In this document: positions 61,052 through 61,100 of the stretch, piece by piece
Layout of the letters: each line of letters opens with the position of its first letter
Position numbering within the stretch: position 1 is the stretch's first letter
Assembly: GCA_963802945.1 (NCBI GenBank)
Contig: CAWDKY010000026.1
Coordinates: forward strand, 1 to 61,100
Origin: an uncultured delta proteobacterium
Lineage (GTDB): Bacteria > Desulfobacterota > RBG-13-43-22
Direction: 5' to 3'
DNA: 61,100 bases
Position numbers and translations under genes: made by a program
Notes under the pieces: model-generated
What the model saw: the letters and a program-made list of their open reading frames with translations, nothing else
What the model was told of the DNA's origin: nothing
Database searches by the model: none

Positions 61052-61100
61052 TAAAACAGACCCATTCACTCGGTTGTTTTCAGACCCGGTGTCCGGATCC

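Noticed and set aside
1-61100. CRISPR array, rRNA or tRNA genes
   Set aside because: No regularly spaced repeat-spacer units, cas genes or recognisable RNA gene signatures were seen by eye.

Overview
61.1 kb of bacterial chromosome, most likely from an anaerobic Desulfobacterota/deltaproteobacterium (inferred from gene content: AOR, NifU/NifS, many Fe-S proteins, a second-type DnaA, Sec recoding). No rRNA, tRNA or CRISPR array was seen. From left to right: (1) a partial aldehyde:ferredoxin oxidoreductase gene; (2) a co-oriented run of unrelated small genes (two PD-(D/E)xK nucleases, HEPN-like, DinB, methyltransferase and others) separated by degenerate attC-like hairpins and MITEs, with no integrase in the window; (3) nadCBA; (4) TetR-controlled redox clusters; (5) a GntR-linked operon with a strongly divergent B12-dependent acyl-CoA mutase, CoA-transferase, flavoenzymes and a crotonase; (6) a ~9.5 kb minus-strand cluster with four WxxHDxxW (DUF6125-like) paralogs, one split by IS630, interleaved with two paralogous poly-Fe-S proteins and ending in a hidden selenoprotein with a clear SECIS hairpin; (7) housekeeping genes (M20 hydrolase, atypical dnaA, PMM/PGM, manC, nifSU, mce); (8) an Rrf2 / soluble ABC-ATPase / G3E GTPase / Fe-S cluster. 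Several conserved genes carry small frameshifts, which probably reflects sequencing error in part. Family assignments come from motif recognition only; no database search was run.
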